From: an uncultured Verrucomicrobiae bacterium | GTDB lineage: Bacteria > Verrucomicrobiota > Verrucomicrobiia > Chthoniobacterales > UBA10450 | NCBI GenBank assembly: GCA_963735805.1 | Contig: CAVTMK010000002.1 | Location: 1,088,001-1,152,000 of the forward strand | DNA: 64,000 nt | Reading direction: 5' to 3' | Shown: piece by piece, positions 1 through 10,372 of the stretch | Position numbering within the stretch: the first letter of the stretch is position 1 | Layout of the letters: the number at the start of each line of letters is the position of its first letter | Notes under the pieces: generated by a model | Seen by the model: only the letters and a program-made list of their open reading frames with translations | Databases searched by the model: none | Told to the model about the DNA's origin: nothing | Program-made: the position numbers and the translations under genes

Positions 1-1
1 T

Positions 2-328
2 TGCCCGAAAGAGCTGGTGCCACTCGCGAAACAGAACAAAGCCGACAACTCGCTTGTTGACGTTTTTGAGTTGATTATCAACGGCACCGAGATCGCTCCA
101 GGTTACAGCGAATTAAACGATCCATTGGTGCAACGCCAGCGGCTGATTGAACAAGCCGGTGAAGAAAGGCAAAAGATTGACGAAGATTTTCTCCTCGCGC
201 TCGAGCACGGCATGCCGCCCGCCGGGGGGATTGGCATTGGAATCGATCGACTTGCGATGCTGCTTTCCGGCGCGGAGTCGATCCGCGACGTGATCCTTTT
301 TCCGTTGCTGCGACCGAAGAAACTGTAG
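2..328 (+). CDS. lysS: lysine--tRNA ligase, C-terminal part (5' end outside window)
   Basis: [20 protein letters not shown] and [19 protein letters not shown]...IRDVILFP (class II LysRS motif 3). Confidence 0.95.
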   Translation, partial: CPKELVPLAKQNKADNSLVDVFELIINGTEIAPGYSELNDPLVQRQRLIEQAGEERQKIDEDFLLALEHGMPPAGGIGIGIDRLAMLLSGAESIRDVILFPLLRPKKL

Positions 329-360
329 ACGTCGCTTGTGGGCGGCCTGATCTTCCTGCC

Positions 361-1266
361 TCAGCGCTCGGTTAAGTTTAGCTTGGAATGCGGAATTGCT
401 ACGACGAGCGCGATTCCACCTAACACAGCGACAGATGCGAGCAGATAACGCGGCGTGATTGGTTCGCCAAGTAACAAGATTCCACCGGTGGCAGCCAGGA
501 TCGGAACGCTCAGTTGAACAGTCGCGGCGCTAGCAGCTTTCAGCCCGGGCAACGCTTTGTACCAAACTACGTAACTTAGACCTGATGTGACTGCGCCCGA
601 TACCATGGCGTAGGCGATCCCCGCAAGGTCGACGTGCGCCCGTGGAGCGAAAAAGATTACGAGAGCGGTCGCGAATGGAACCGCGCGAATAAAATTTCCG
701 GCTGTGACACTTGTCGCGTTCCGTTCTTCCTTGCCGCGCAGTGAGTAAATACCCCAGGCTACGCCGGATCCCAGCATCAGTATCGAACCAACTAAAGGCG
801 GAGCGGAAAGTCCGGGGAAAACAAGCACCAAGAGTCCCGTAACCGCGACGATGAAGCCGATAATTTGAATCATGCTTAGGCGCTCGCCTTTGTGTATCCC
901 CCAAAGAATCATCGTGGCCTGAACCGCTCCAAACAAAAGCAAAGCGCCGGTTCCCGCTGAGAGTGCGACGTACGCGAAAGAAAAAGCAGCGGCATACACA
1001 AAGAGAGCTAGCGCAGAACGCCAGGTACCATCCCGACGCGATGAGTGGCGACCCTTAACTGAAGCCGAAGCAGTTCTATTAGCCGTCGTCCTTTTTCGGA
1101 TCTGCATTAGTAACCACAGCGCGACGGTCCCGGACAAAATACGAAAGAACGTAAAAGTTGCTGGATCGATGTTGCCTTTTGTCAATGCGACACGGCAAAG
1201 CAGCGAGTTGCTCGCGAAGGCAATCATCGCAAACAACGTTAATGCGAAGGTTCGTGCGCTGGTCAC
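361..1266 (-). CDS. DMT/EamA family transporter
   Basis: About 10 hydrophobic segments; AFASNSLLCR, FSFAYVALSAGTGALLLFG, SAATVQLSVP. Confidence 0.88.
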   Translation of the reverse strand: MTSARTFALTLFAMIAFASNSLLCRVALTKGNIDPATFTFFRILSGTVALWLLMQIRKRTTANRTASASVKGRHSSRRDGTWRSALALFVYAAAFSFAYVALSAGTGALLLFGAVQATMILWGIHKGERLSMIQIIGFIVAVTGLLVLVFPGLSAPPLVGSILMLGSGVAWGIYSLRGKEERNATSVTAGNFIRAVPFATALVIFFAPRAHVDLAGIAYAMVSGAVTSGLSYVVWYKALPGLKAASAATVQLSVPILAATGGILLLGEPITPRYLLASVAVLGGIALVVAIPHSKLNLTER

Positions 1267-1360
1267 CGTGCAAACCTGGAACTCTTAGTTTGGCAACAAC
1301 GCGCAAACTTGAATAGCGTTCTTTGTGCGCGCTGCTTTCCTTGCCGGAGACGACAAGCCT

Positions 1361-1777
1361 TTATTCGATTTTTTCCCAGAATCCCCGACGATTTGGAATA
1401 TTCGGGAAGACGAGTTGGCCCTGGTAGAAAGTAAAGGGATTGGAACGGTCGTTGCCACCGAACGATAACGTCAACGTTTTACCTTCCACACTCCAATGGC
1501 CGGTTACAGGCTCTCTGCGTTCGTAGGCTGTGACGGTCCAATTTTCAACAGTGCCATTGGAGTGAAGAAAGAGATGCTCATCGATCGGGCCCGTATAGCT
1601 GATGGTAGTTTTTCGCCAATGACCTATTAATCCACTCGAATTTTCCGAGGAGGAGCCACTTGATTCTTGAACCTTGATGATCGGTGAGTCAGCAGCCTTT
1701 GCAGAAAACGCAATGAACACAAAAGCGGCACATTGCGCGATCGATGCGATTTTCCGGGAAACGTTTCCTGTTCTCAT
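1361..1777 (-). CDS. secreted hypothetical protein (beta-rich, possibly lipocalin-like)
   Basis: Signal-like N-terminus ending AKA, then LIGHW and GHWSVEGKTLTL; start set at ATG 1777. Confidence 0.6.
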   Translation of the reverse strand: MRTGNVSRKIASIAQCAAFVFIAFSAKAADSPIIKVQESSGSSSENSSGLIGHWRKTTISYTGPIDEHLFLHSNGTVENWTVTAYERREPVTGHWSVEGKTLTLSFGGNDRSNPFTFYQGQLVFPNIPNRRGFWEKIE

Positions 1778-1880
1778 GGGGGACCTCCGCTGCGAGTCTG
1801 ACAAGGTAGGCGACCGGTGACAACTCTATTTTGTGATGTGTTGCACGTCTTTGAACTCGAACCGATGTTGAGCACGTAGC

Positions 1881-2537
1881 TTGAAACTTCCAACAATCCT
1901 AGAGCAAGGACGGTTTCGGTCACCGGCGCCCACGCCGCAGGCGCTGGCATGGGATGGTCACAAACTGTGGATGGGTTCACGAGATCAGCGCCGAATCTAT
2001 ATGATCGATCCGCAGAAATGGGAAGTGCTCGAAGAAAAGGCGCCGCCTGGCATCCCCTGGGCGGCTGTTGCGACGAACGGGACGCTTCGTTTTACGATCG
2101 GCGAAGGTCCGAATGACGATCGTTACATTCGTAGATTCTCGCCGGAGGCTGGCTTTTCGGAGCAGGACAAGATCGCCTGTCCTGAATTTACCGGATCATA
2201 TCTCAGCTACGACGGCGACCATCTGTACCTCAGTCAATGGTACAAACATCGCATTCTTAAGCTGGACGCGAATGGTAATATTCTTCGTGTCATCAACATT
2301 GGTGCCGAGGTTTCCGGTCACGCGTTCGTTGATGGAATGATCTACGTGTTGCGCGGTACCGAACAGAACGGCGAGAGCTGGACCATCGCGCGACTCGATC
2401 CGCGAGAGGAAAGGCCAAAGGTTACAGACATCGCGAATGTCCCATTTGCGTGTCGTTCGTTAACGTTCGACGGCACGAACTTTTGGTCGAATCATCGCGC
2501 CGTGAATGAAATCGTATCATTCGCGCTGCCATTGTAG
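1881..2537 (+). CDS. hypothetical beta-propeller-like protein
   Basis: Repeated LAWDGHKLW / LSYDGDHLY / LTFDGTNFW blades. Confidence 0.7.
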   Translation: MKLPTILEQGRFRSPAPTPQALAWDGHKLWMGSRDQRRIYMIDPQKWEVLEEKAPPGIPWAAVATNGTLRFTIGEGPNDDRYIRRFSPEAGFSEQDKIACPEFTGSYLSYDGDHLYLSQWYKHRILKLDANGNILRVINIGAEVSGHAFVDGMIYVLRGTEQNGESWTIARLDPREERPKVTDIANVPFACRSLTFDGTNFWSNHRAVNEIVSFALPL

Positions 2538-2664
2538 CCGCTGCGGTTGGCTGCGGCCTTCTAATCCTGCATTCCAGAATTCCCTGAGCAATATTCCGCG
2601 AATGTCGCGCGGTCTGATTAAAGCTCGCAAAGGTTGAGCGATTTCGAGCGGCAATACTAAACAA

Positions 2665-3348
2665 ATGTTTGTTGGACATTACAGCGTTGCTTTTGCAGCT
2701 GGGAGCGAAAAGAACAAGATTCCGCTCTGGGTTCTGTTTATCGCTGTCCAGTTCCTCGATTACATCTGGGCGACGCTTGTGCTCATCGGGATTGAGAAGT
2801 TGCGCGTGATCAAAGGGTTCACCGCAGGTAGCATGCTCGACTCGTATTTCCATCCGTACTCGCACAGTCTGATCGCGGCGATTCTTTGGAGCTGCGTGGC
2901 CGCTATCGTTTATAAGCCAATTTGTTGTTGGCTCGGATTAGTCTACACCGCGACAGCCTCTTTCATTGTTGGTGTCGCCGTTTTCTCGCACTGGGTTCTC
3001 GATCTGATTGCGCATCCCCGCGATCTCGCGGTCTACGACAACACATTGAAGCTCGGTTTTGGTTTGTGGAATTATCGCGACCCGGAGTTTGCATTGGAAA
3101 TCGCGTTGCTTGTGTTCGGGATCGTGCTTTATGTGGTGCGAAATCCGATGCCGACAATCCGTAAAGCAGCGGTGATCGCTTTTGGAGTCGTTCTCGTTGT
3201 CATCCAGATAGGTGATACGTACGTGCCTCGCACTCCGTTGACGGACAAGGAAACCGTCATGGGCGTTTGGATTTTCTACACGCTCTTTGTAATTGTCGCT
3301 TTCGTCATAGAAAAAATCGGAAGTCGGCGGCAAACTGATCCCACGTGA
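2665..3348 (+). CDS. membrane protein, putative metal-dependent hydrolase family
   Basis: MFVGH start, PYSHSL, SHWVLDLIAH motifs; several TM segments. Confidence 0.75.
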   Translation: MFVGHYSVAFAAGSEKNKIPLWVLFIAVQFLDYIWATLVLIGIEKLRVIKGFTAGSMLDSYFHPYSHSLIAAILWSCVAAIVYKPICCWLGLVYTATASFIVGVAVFSHWVLDLIAHPRDLAVYDNTLKLGFGLWNYRDPEFALEIALLVFGIVLYVVRNPMPTIRKAAVIAFGVVLVVIQIGDTYVPRTPLTDKETVMGVWIFYTLFVIVAFVIEKIGSRRQTDPT

Positions 3349-3848
3349 TTGTGATTGTCTTCGGTGTCTCCGGCGTGGGAAAAACCACGATTGGCAAACG
3401 GCTAGCCAAGGATCTTGGCTGGCGATTTCTCGAAGCGGATGATTTCCATTCATGTGGCAACATCGAGAAGATGCGTAACGGTCTTCCGCTGACGGACGAA
3501 GACCGATGGCCGTGGCTGCAACGTCTGCGCGAGCAAATAACGCGTTCTCTTGCTGCAAAAGAGAACGCGGTAATTGCCTGCTCCGTATTGAAACGCGCGT
3601 ATCGGGAGCGATTACGCGTTGGCGACGACGTGGAGTTTGTGTTTCTGCGCGGAGACTACGCGCTCGTTGAAAAACAACTCCGCCGCAGACGCGGTCATTT
3701 CATGAGGCCAGACTTACTGCAAAGTCAGTTTGCAGATTTGGAAAGACCCGAATCGGACGAGGATGCAGTAACGATTGAATCGGGACGGACTCCGGAAGAG
3801 CTGGTTGACGAAATCACCAAGAGACTCGGTCTCAGTGTCGCGAATTAG
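3345..3848 (+). CDS. gluconokinase (GntK/IdnK type)
   Basis: GVSGVGKTT P-loop, EADDFH, PLTDEDRWPWL, LLQSQFADLE. Confidence 0.92.
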   Translation: MIVIVFGVSGVGKTTIGKRLAKDLGWRFLEADDFHSCGNIEKMRNGLPLTDEDRWPWLQRLREQITRSLAAKENAVIACSVLKRAYRERLRVGDDVEFVFLRGDYALVEKQLRRRRGHFMRPDLLQSQFADLERPESDEDAVTIESGRTPEELVDEITKRLGLSVAN

Positions 3849-4386
3849 TTGACGCGTAATAGACATTATCGCTCTCGACGTCAAAAATTCGGTTCCAGCG
3901 CGCACGATAATTTTCGAACGCAATCTGCGCGCCTAACTGCATAAGTTGTTCTTCGGAAAATTGATTCCGCAATCGCGCGTACAAATCATCGGAAACGTTC
4001 GCTGGTGTATTTGTGATGGCGTCAGCGAGTTCGATGACCAACCGCTCGGTGTCGTTAAAAGGAATCAGGTCGTCACCGGGCACGGCGCGCAGTTTCTCAT
4101 CGCTCAGACCTGCTTTTCTGCCCACGGCAGAATTGATGTCTACTCAGAATGGACAGCCGACGCGCGCCGCGGCGCGGATTTTTCCCAACTGCATGTAGCG
4201 CAACGAGACCAGCCGTTTCCGGCCGAGACCGGCTTCCATCGCGATGCCGCCCCACACCAGACCTGGCAAACGCATCTGCACCTTTGCTGGGGTAAGGTCT
4301 TTCCCAAACATCTTCCGCATGACGCCGTAAAACCATCGCAGGTGCCATGGTGCGTCTTTCTTTTCTAATCCTGAAACTCGAGCCAC
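3832..4386 (-). CDS. AhpD/carboxymuconolactone decarboxylase-like protein, probable selenoprotein (CPFU; TGA at 4146-4144)
   Basis: ORFs 4144..4407 and 3832..4125 are in one frame separated by a single TGA: AARVGCPF-TGA-VDINSAVGRKAGLSDEKL. GAGGAG RBS precedes GTG 4386; SECIS-like hairpin follows the TGA. Confidence 0.85.
4106..4146 (-). promoter_or_regulatory. putative bacterial SECIS element
   Basis: TGA + 11 nt + TTCTGCC-GTG-GGCAGAA (7-bp stem, G first in loop); short lower stem AGAC/GTCT. Confidence 0.75.
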
Positions 4387-4456
4387 AACTCCTCTGTTTC
4401 GTTCCACGGAGTGGGTTCGGTCTTGGCGTCCGAAGGTCCGACGGTCGCCAATCGGT

Positions 4457-5560
4457 CTAGGCGTGGTCCGGTTTTCTTGACGACGAGAGTTTGTTGACCA
4501 GCGCGTTGGTTGATCTTTCTAGAAGCAATCCCCATGCGCTAAGGACAGCCAGGGTAGGCAGGCAGATCAGAAGGAACGCCCAGATCGGCTGCTCCCGAAT
4601 GCGGAGTCCGAGCCAGATGACGTAAGGCTGGTGAATCAGATACAAGCCATACGAATAAAGCCCGACGATTCCGAAAACTTTAGCTGGTTCTTTGAAGAAC
4701 GAAATAATTCCGGCAATGCCGACGATCTCCAGCAGGCAACATGTGCCGGTGGCGAAATCGACGAAGATGTACTCGTAAAGGCCATGGTAAAGTTGCAGTG
4801 CTGCCGGATAGAGAATTAAGCCGAGAACCAACCCCGCGCCGCGAAGAAAGAACCATTCCACGCGCGCGGTCGATTGCGTGTGCCACATCGCGAGTGACAT
4901 TCCGAGTGCGAACTCGGGCAGACGACAGATGGCGAAGCCGCCCAACACCCACAAGCCATTTTGCGGCCAAGCTACAAGCAACACGTAGCGCGCGAAAAAT
5001 CCCACGGCAGAGGCAATCAGCAGAAACCACCATGGTCCAAAGCGGCGCGCTGCGAGAAAGAGCAGGGGAAAAATCAAATAGAACTGGATCAACATGGAGA
5101 AGTACCACCACGCGGCGTTGAGGTACATGAAATTCATTTCAATATCGATGAAGCGCAGGCCGAGAAGGCTCAGGATGATCCGGCTATCTACCGGTTCGAG
5201 GCGCGCCTCGAATGGCGAGAGAAGATAAACCAAATGCGCGACCCAGTACATCGGATAAAGCCTCAGGAATCGCGCGCGATACCACCCGCCCCACGCAATT
5301 GCACCGGACTCTGCCCGGTGCATTGTCGATTGCATCAGTGTCCAACCGCTCAGAATGATGAAAACGCCGACGGCATGAAAGCCGAGTCCTGATACTTTAA
5401 GCCAAACCAACCTAAGAACCGACAGCGTTCCCGCGGCGGGGTTGATCCAATTAGCCGCTGGAAGGACGCCGTGTTGGAAGTAAGTCGTGAAAAAATGAAA
5501 ATAAGCGACGAAAAGAATCGCGAGTCCCTTTGAAATATCAATCCAAAGGAGCCGTTTCAT
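4457..5560 (-). CDS. acyltransferase family 3 protein
   Basis: WIDISKGLAIL..H, VGVFIILSG, RFLRLYP, WYFSMLIQFYLIFP, YSYGLYLIH. Confidence 0.9.
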   Translation of the reverse strand: MKRLLWIDISKGLAILFVAYFHFFTTYFQHGVLPAANWINPAAGTLSVLRLVWLKVSGLGFHAVGVFIILSGWTLMQSTMHRAESGAIAWGGWYRARFLRLYPMYWVAHLVYLLSPFEARLEPVDSRIILSLLGLRFIDIEMNFMYLNAAWWYFSMLIQFYLIFPLLFLAARRFGPWWFLLIASAVGFFARYVLLVAWPQNGLWVLGGFAICRLPEFALGMSLAMWHTQSTARVEWFFLRGAGLVLGLILYPAALQLYHGLYEYIFVDFATGTCCLLEIVGIAGIISFFKEPAKVFGIVGLYSYGLYLIHQPYVIWLGLRIREQPIWAFLLICLPTLAVLSAWGLLLERSTNALVNKLSSSRKPDHA

Positions 5561-5656
5561 GGCATGGGCTTAACAGGGTGAAGCCGCTCTGGTCAAGGCA
5601 TGCTGATTTGCTCCGTCCCTGACACAGAGTTCAGGCGGGTGACAACTTGCGGTTTA

Positions 5657-7471
5657 CTAAGACGCTTGTGAACCAACGACAGTAGCTGATCGGGTGCTGC
5701 TCCCGGCTAGCGCGAGAATCACGTCGGTTTTCGCGATGGTGCCAATCAGACGTTTCGTTGCGGTATCGTTTACCACGGGTAGCCGCTCGCCATCGTGCTG
5801 TCTGAACCGCTCGAGCGCGACAGTAAGGGACGCGGTCGGCCGAACCACTGGGATGGAATCGTGCAGGATGTCCCCGGCGATGACGACCTTCGCCAGTTCG
5901 GGTGTGTTCAGGTAATTCTTAACGTCATGCAGCGACACGGCGCCAACGAACCGGCCGTGATCGGCCACATAAAGATAATTGAATCGGGTTTGCACGAATT
6001 TTTCTGCGATTTCCGCGAATCCAGCTCTGGGCGAAATTGTCAGCGGCTTCGGTTTCATTATGTCCCGAACATGGAGCTCCGCGAGTTGCCTGCGGTAATC
6101 GCCGGCGCCCTTTCGTTTCAGTGCTTCAGCATAAATCGACTGTTTTTCGACGCTTACTGATGTGTAATAGGCGATCACGCATGCCAGCATCAGCGGGAGA
6201 ATAATCTGATAATCGAGCGTGATCTCGAAGATCATAACGATGGCCATGATCGGAGCGTGAGTGGCAGCCGCGAGAAATGCGCCCATGCCAACGAGCGCAA
6301 ACGCGCTGGGATTGATCGCAAAATGGCCGAGTAGATGGTTTGTGCCCGTTCCGAACAGAAATCCGAGGCTTGCCCCGATAAAAAGCGTCGGCGTGAAAAC
6401 TCCACCAACTGCACCGGAACCAAAGGTGGCGGTCGTAGCCAGTATTTTGAAAATGAGAATAACTGCGAGAGTTTGCCAAACCCATTCGCCGCGCAAAATC
6501 CCGCTTACTGTGCTGTAGCCGTTGCCGCAGACTTCAGGATGCAAGATGGCCAGCGCGCCTACGATAAGGCCACCAGCACACATCTTTACGTAAACAGGCG
6601 CAGCGATATGCCCAGCCCATTTTTCAGTTGTACGCAGGAGTCGAATGAACCATGGCGCAAGAAGGCCGGCGACGAGGCCGAGTAAAAGATAGGGTCCAAT
6701 CTCCCAATTGCCGTTAAGCTGGAATGGCGGGATTTTATACAGTGGATCTGGTCCGAGAAATCCCCGTACTGTCAACGTGGCGATGACCGATGAAAAAACC
6801 AGAGGGCCAAAAATTTCCATGGCCACTGAACCCAGCACAATCTCCGCGACAAATACCGCCCCGGCGATTGGTGCGTTGTAAGCCGAAGCAATCCCGGCGG
6901 CAGCGCCACAGCCCACAAGTAATCGAAGCCGCGGTGTGGTCCATTTTCGCAGGCGGCCAGTGAGAGATGCGACGAGCGATGATAGCTGTACCAGGGGTCC
7001 CTCGCGTCCGATCGATCCGCCGGAAGCAATAGTGAAAAGCGCCGAGAGACACTTCAGCAGGGTGCGCCGCGCGGCAATTTTCCCATCACCAAGCACCACG
7101 GCTTCCATGTAGTCGGTGGTTGTCACTTGGCCGCGCAATCGCGTGCCGAACTGAATAATTGCGCCGGCGATGAGACCGCCGATCGCTGGAATTCCCAGGC
7201 GAAACAAGGGAGAAAGCTGTGAAAAACTTTCAACCAACCCGGGCTCCGAACTGCCGGTGAGGATTTTGTGAACAAGGCTTGTTGCAACGCGGAACACGAT
7301 TGAGCAGACCCCACCGCAAAACCCGATGAGACCGGCCCAAATTAGTGTGGCCTGAAGATCCGTTGGCCGTACCCGTTCCTGAAACCAAACCAGAAACTTC
7401 AGCTGACGAAAAGTATTCAGACTCGAACGAGATTCTTTGGGACTGGCACTGCTCGAAGCCACTTTTATCAA
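5657..7471 (-). CDS. ClC chloride channel/antiporter (ClcB-like) with tandem CBS domains
   Basis: GGSIGREGP and GAVGGVFTPTL ClC motifs; C-terminal CBS pair. Confidence 0.93.
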   Translation of the reverse strand: MIKVASSSASPKESRSSLNTFRQLKFLVWFQERVRPTDLQATLIWAGLIGFCGGVCSIVFRVATSLVHKILTGSSEPGLVESFSQLSPLFRLGIPAIGGLIAGAIIQFGTRLRGQVTTTDYMEAVVLGDGKIAARRTLLKCLSALFTIASGGSIGREGPLVQLSSLVASLTGRLRKWTTPRLRLLVGCGAAAGIASAYNAPIAGAVFVAEIVLGSVAMEIFGPLVFSSVIATLTVRGFLGPDPLYKIPPFQLNGNWEIGPYLLLGLVAGLLAPWFIRLLRTTEKWAGHIAAPVYVKMCAGGLIVGALAILHPEVCGNGYSTVSGILRGEWVWQTLAVILIFKILATTATFGSGAVGGVFTPTLFIGASLGFLFGTGTNHLLGHFAINPSAFALVGMGAFLAAATHAPIMAIVMIFEITLDYQIILPLMLACVIAYYTSVSVEKQSIYAEALKRKGAGDYRRQLAELHVRDIMKPKPLTISPRAGFAEIAEKFVQTRFNYLYVADHGRFVGAVSLHDVKNYLNTPELAKVVIAGDILHDSIPVVRPTASLTVALERFRQHDGERLPVVNDTATKRLIGTIAKTDVILALAGSSTRSATVVGSQAS

Positions 7472-7557
7472 GTCGGTGCACAGCCGCAGACGTCAAGCGC
7501 GACAAGGATTTGGCGGAGATTGACTCTTATTGCTGCCATCGCTAGATCGATACCCTG

Positions 7558-8250
7558 ATGGCCACGAACGCGCACGGCGTTTCGCTCGAACGTAAACGTC
7601 TCGGCGTTGTGCTGGCGACTATTGTTATCAACATTGTCGCGGTTTCGCTTTTGGCATTTGCCCCGTGGTCGGACTGGCGCACCGGTGCGGCGCTCAACGT
7701 GATTGATAATTGTCTTCTCGTTGGCTTTGCACTGGTTAGGAGCGACGCGTTGCTGGGTCGATTTCTTCTTTTTGGAATCGTAGTCGGAATCGGCGAACTA
7801 CCCGCTGATGCGTGGCTGGTCGATTACACACGCACCCTGGACTACTCGATTGGCGGCGGCCCAATGATCTGGCGATCGCCGCTCTGGATGCCTTTGGCCT
7901 GGGAAGTCGTGGCCGTGCAATTCGGATATATTGGACTTCGATTCTTTGAAAGCTTCGGCAAGGTCGGTTTGCTCATGATTGGGCTGCTCGGCGCGATCAA
8001 TATTCCGTTTTACGAGGAGATGGCGCGTAGGATTCATTGGTGGCAATACAGCGGTTGCCGCATGATTTCGTTTACACCGTGGTACATAATCATTGGCGAA
8101 CTCGGTATTGCGGTCGCGTTCGCGTCGCTTGCGCGAACACTGCGCCGCGGGTCGTGGCGCGAAGCCGTTGTGGCGGGAATTGGCGGTGGATGTTCGATCT
8201 TTGTCTGCTACGCCGTGGCGTTTTGGATTACCGATCGTTTGATTACGTAA
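7558..8250 (+). CDS. hypothetical integral membrane protein
   Basis: Long ORF with about 7 TM segments. Confidence 0.7.
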   Translation: MATNAHGVSLERKRLGVVLATIVINIVAVSLLAFAPWSDWRTGAALNVIDNCLLVGFALVRSDALLGRFLLFGIVVGIGELPADAWLVDYTRTLDYSIGGGPMIWRSPLWMPLAWEVVAVQFGYIGLRFFESFGKVGLLMIGLLGAINIPFYEEMARRIHWWQYSGCRMISFTPWYIIIGELGIAVAFASLARTLRRGSWREAVVAGIGGGCSIFVCYAVAFWITDRLIT

Positions 8251-8463
8251 GTCGATCACGCCTAGCCAGCAGATTCGTGCGTTTCGCCTGCGTCAGGCTT
8301 TTTGCAGAACCAGATAGCGCCTGCACAAACGAGCTAGGGAAGTGGAGATAAAAGATGGGTGCGGTTGGGCTTGCCACATTCATAGAGCTAGTCCAAGTCG
8401 GCGAGAATGAGTGGCCAAGTCCCGGGAAGTTTGAAGTCTGGGCATTCCTGGGCCATCTTATCA

Positions 8464-8553
8464 TGTCATTCTGATCCGGCAGTCGCGGGAGAAGATCTCA
8501 GGAATGTCTTGCGTAGCTTGTCCTGAGCGAAGCCGAAGAGTCCCAACATGACA
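8464..8553. repeat. degenerate GTCATNCTGAGC-type palindromic repeat
   Basis: TGTCATTCTGA...GTCCTGAGCGAAGCCGAAG...ATGACA; a related fragment TGTCATCCCGAG lies near 40627. Confidence 0.55.
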
Positions 8554-10242
8554 CAGCCATTCATGAGACAAACAAAATTGCTTTGTGCGCTGCTGGGAGT
8601 CCTTTGCCAATCTGCCGTCGCAGCGACGCCGACCCCCTCGGCTTCTTCGTCGCTAACGGCATCAGCATCTCCGGATGCGACGATCACGCAATCGGTTACC
8701 GAATTATCCGCGCAAAAAGCCGCCACCGAACGATCGAAGATTTACCGAACCGGTGCCGCTTATGGTCGCTGGCTGGACCAACTGGCAAAAGAATCTGGTA
8801 ACACTTTTCTCCAACGGACGGTCTTTGATCGAGTTACCTGGATGCGTCTCATCAGTTGCGCCGTTGCTCTTGCCGTATTGTCGCTGCTCACCGGTTGGTT
8901 TGTCTGGATTGTGAGGCGTCGCGCTGGCGGAATCGACTCAGCGCGATATCAGTCATGGTTAGCCCTGAGTGCTGCCGCAATTCGCAAACCAGTAGCGCTT
9001 TTCCTTTGGACGTGCAGCGGCGCGTTCGCGCTGCTGCCGATAGCTACAGGCATTATTGATCGGCCCACCCGCATCTTTTGGGCCCGCACGCTTACTGCGA
9101 TTCTTTACGCCGGATGGATCATCGCGCTGCTATGGCTGGTTTTCCGCGCCATTCGTGCAGTAGAAAAACGAATGCGCCTTTGGGCGGAGCGAACGCGCAG
9201 CTTGCTAGGCAAAATTGTCGTTCCGATCGTTGGTCATTCATTGCGCCTAGCAGTGCCATTGCTTGGAGTCATTCTGTTGTTACCGCTACTTAAACTTCCC
9301 GAAGACTGGACATGGGTAACTCAGAAAGGTATCGGCATTCTTTTCATCGTCGCGCTTTCTTTTCTAATCATTCACGGCATCAACGCGATGCAGGCGGCGC
9401 TACTGAGCCGGCAGCGGTTGGACCTGCCGGATAATCTTTCTGCGCGACGGATCTACACCCAGGTATCGGTCATTCGCAAAGTTATCGTTACCGCCATTGT
9501 AGTCATCGCGACGGGTTCCGTTCTGATGCTTTTCGATCCGGTCCGGCAGTTCGGCACGAGCATTCTGGCGTCGGCGGGAATTGCGGGGATCGTGATCGGA
9601 TTCGCCGCGCAACGGACTCTTGGCAATGTGCTCGCCGGGATTCAAATCGCGCTAACGCAACCGCTGCTCATCGACGATATCGTGGTTGTCGAAGGCGAGT
9701 TTGGCCAGATCGAAGAAATCACCCTTACCTATGTAACGGTAAGAACGTGGGACCTGCGCCGGATGATTCTACCCATCACTTACTTTGTCGAAAAACCGTT
9801 TCAGAACTGGAGTCGCGTTTCTACCGAGCTGCTTGGCACGATTGTGCTCTATCTCGATTATCGGGCGCCCATCGGCGAATTGCGCAAGGAATTGAAACGC
9901 CTCGTTGAGAACAACCCGAAATGGGACAAGAAGGTATGCGGATTGCAGGTCACAGACACGAAACAAACGACGATCGAAGTGCGCGCGCTGGTCAGTAGCA
10001 CCGACCCAGGCAAAGTTTTCGATCTTCGTTGCGAGGTACGCGAAGGGCTCATTGATTTTCTTTCTGGCCACTATCCGGAAAGTCTTCCGCGCCAGCGTAA
10101 TATGAGCGAGCCCTCGGACGAAGAGATTCAGCACCGACGAAAACTAAAATCGCCCCCTGCCGCACAGGGGAAAGAGCACGAGCGTGGTTCAAAGGCTCCC
10201 GGCATCCACGCCGAACAAGAGAGTGACGGCGCTGGCACTTGA
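8548..10242 (+). CDS. small-conductance mechanosensitive channel (MscS family)
   Basis: LASAGIAGIVIGFAAQRTLGNVLAGIQI, GQIEEITLTYVTVRTWDLRR, PFQNWSR. Confidence 0.92.
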   Translation: MTQPFMRQTKLLCALLGVLCQSAVAATPTPSASSSLTASASPDATITQSVTELSAQKAATERSKIYRTGAAYGRWLDQLAKESGNTFLQRTVFDRVTWMRLISCAVALAVLSLLTGWFVWIVRRRAGGIDSARYQSWLALSAAAIRKPVALFLWTCSGAFALLPIATGIIDRPTRIFWARTLTAILYAGWIIALLWLVFRAIRAVEKRMRLWAERTRSLLGKIVVPIVGHSLRLAVPLLGVILLLPLLKLPEDWTWVTQKGIGILFIVALSFLIIHGINAMQAALLSRQRLDLPDNLSARRIYTQVSVIRKVIVTAIVVIATGSVLMLFDPVRQFGTSILASAGIAGIVIGFAAQRTLGNVLAGIQIALTQPLLIDDIVVVEGEFGQIEEITLTYVTVRTWDLRRMILPITYFVEKPFQNWSRVSTELLGTIVLYLDYRAPIGELRKELKRLVENNPKWDKKVCGLQVTDTKQTTIEVRALVSSTDPGKVFDLRCEVREGLIDFLSGHYPESLPRQRNMSEPSDEEIQHRRKLKSPPAAQGKEHERGSKAPGIHAEQESDGAGT

Positions 10243-10372
10243 CTTATCTCCTGATCAGAAAAGGAAATCGATTCTAAAGGGCCATTGTCGAAAATTTCAA
10301 AAAAAGGAACGGCCACAAAGATGAGTCCGACCTGATCTGGATGCGTCCTGCTTCGACCGCCACGGTGCCTAA

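Noticed and set aside
4144..4146. Genome-wide reassignment of TGA to Trp or Gly
   Set aside because: Conserved genes such as clpX, tig and ychF end at TGA where expected, some in ATGA overlaps. Read-through is only needed at two Cys positions.
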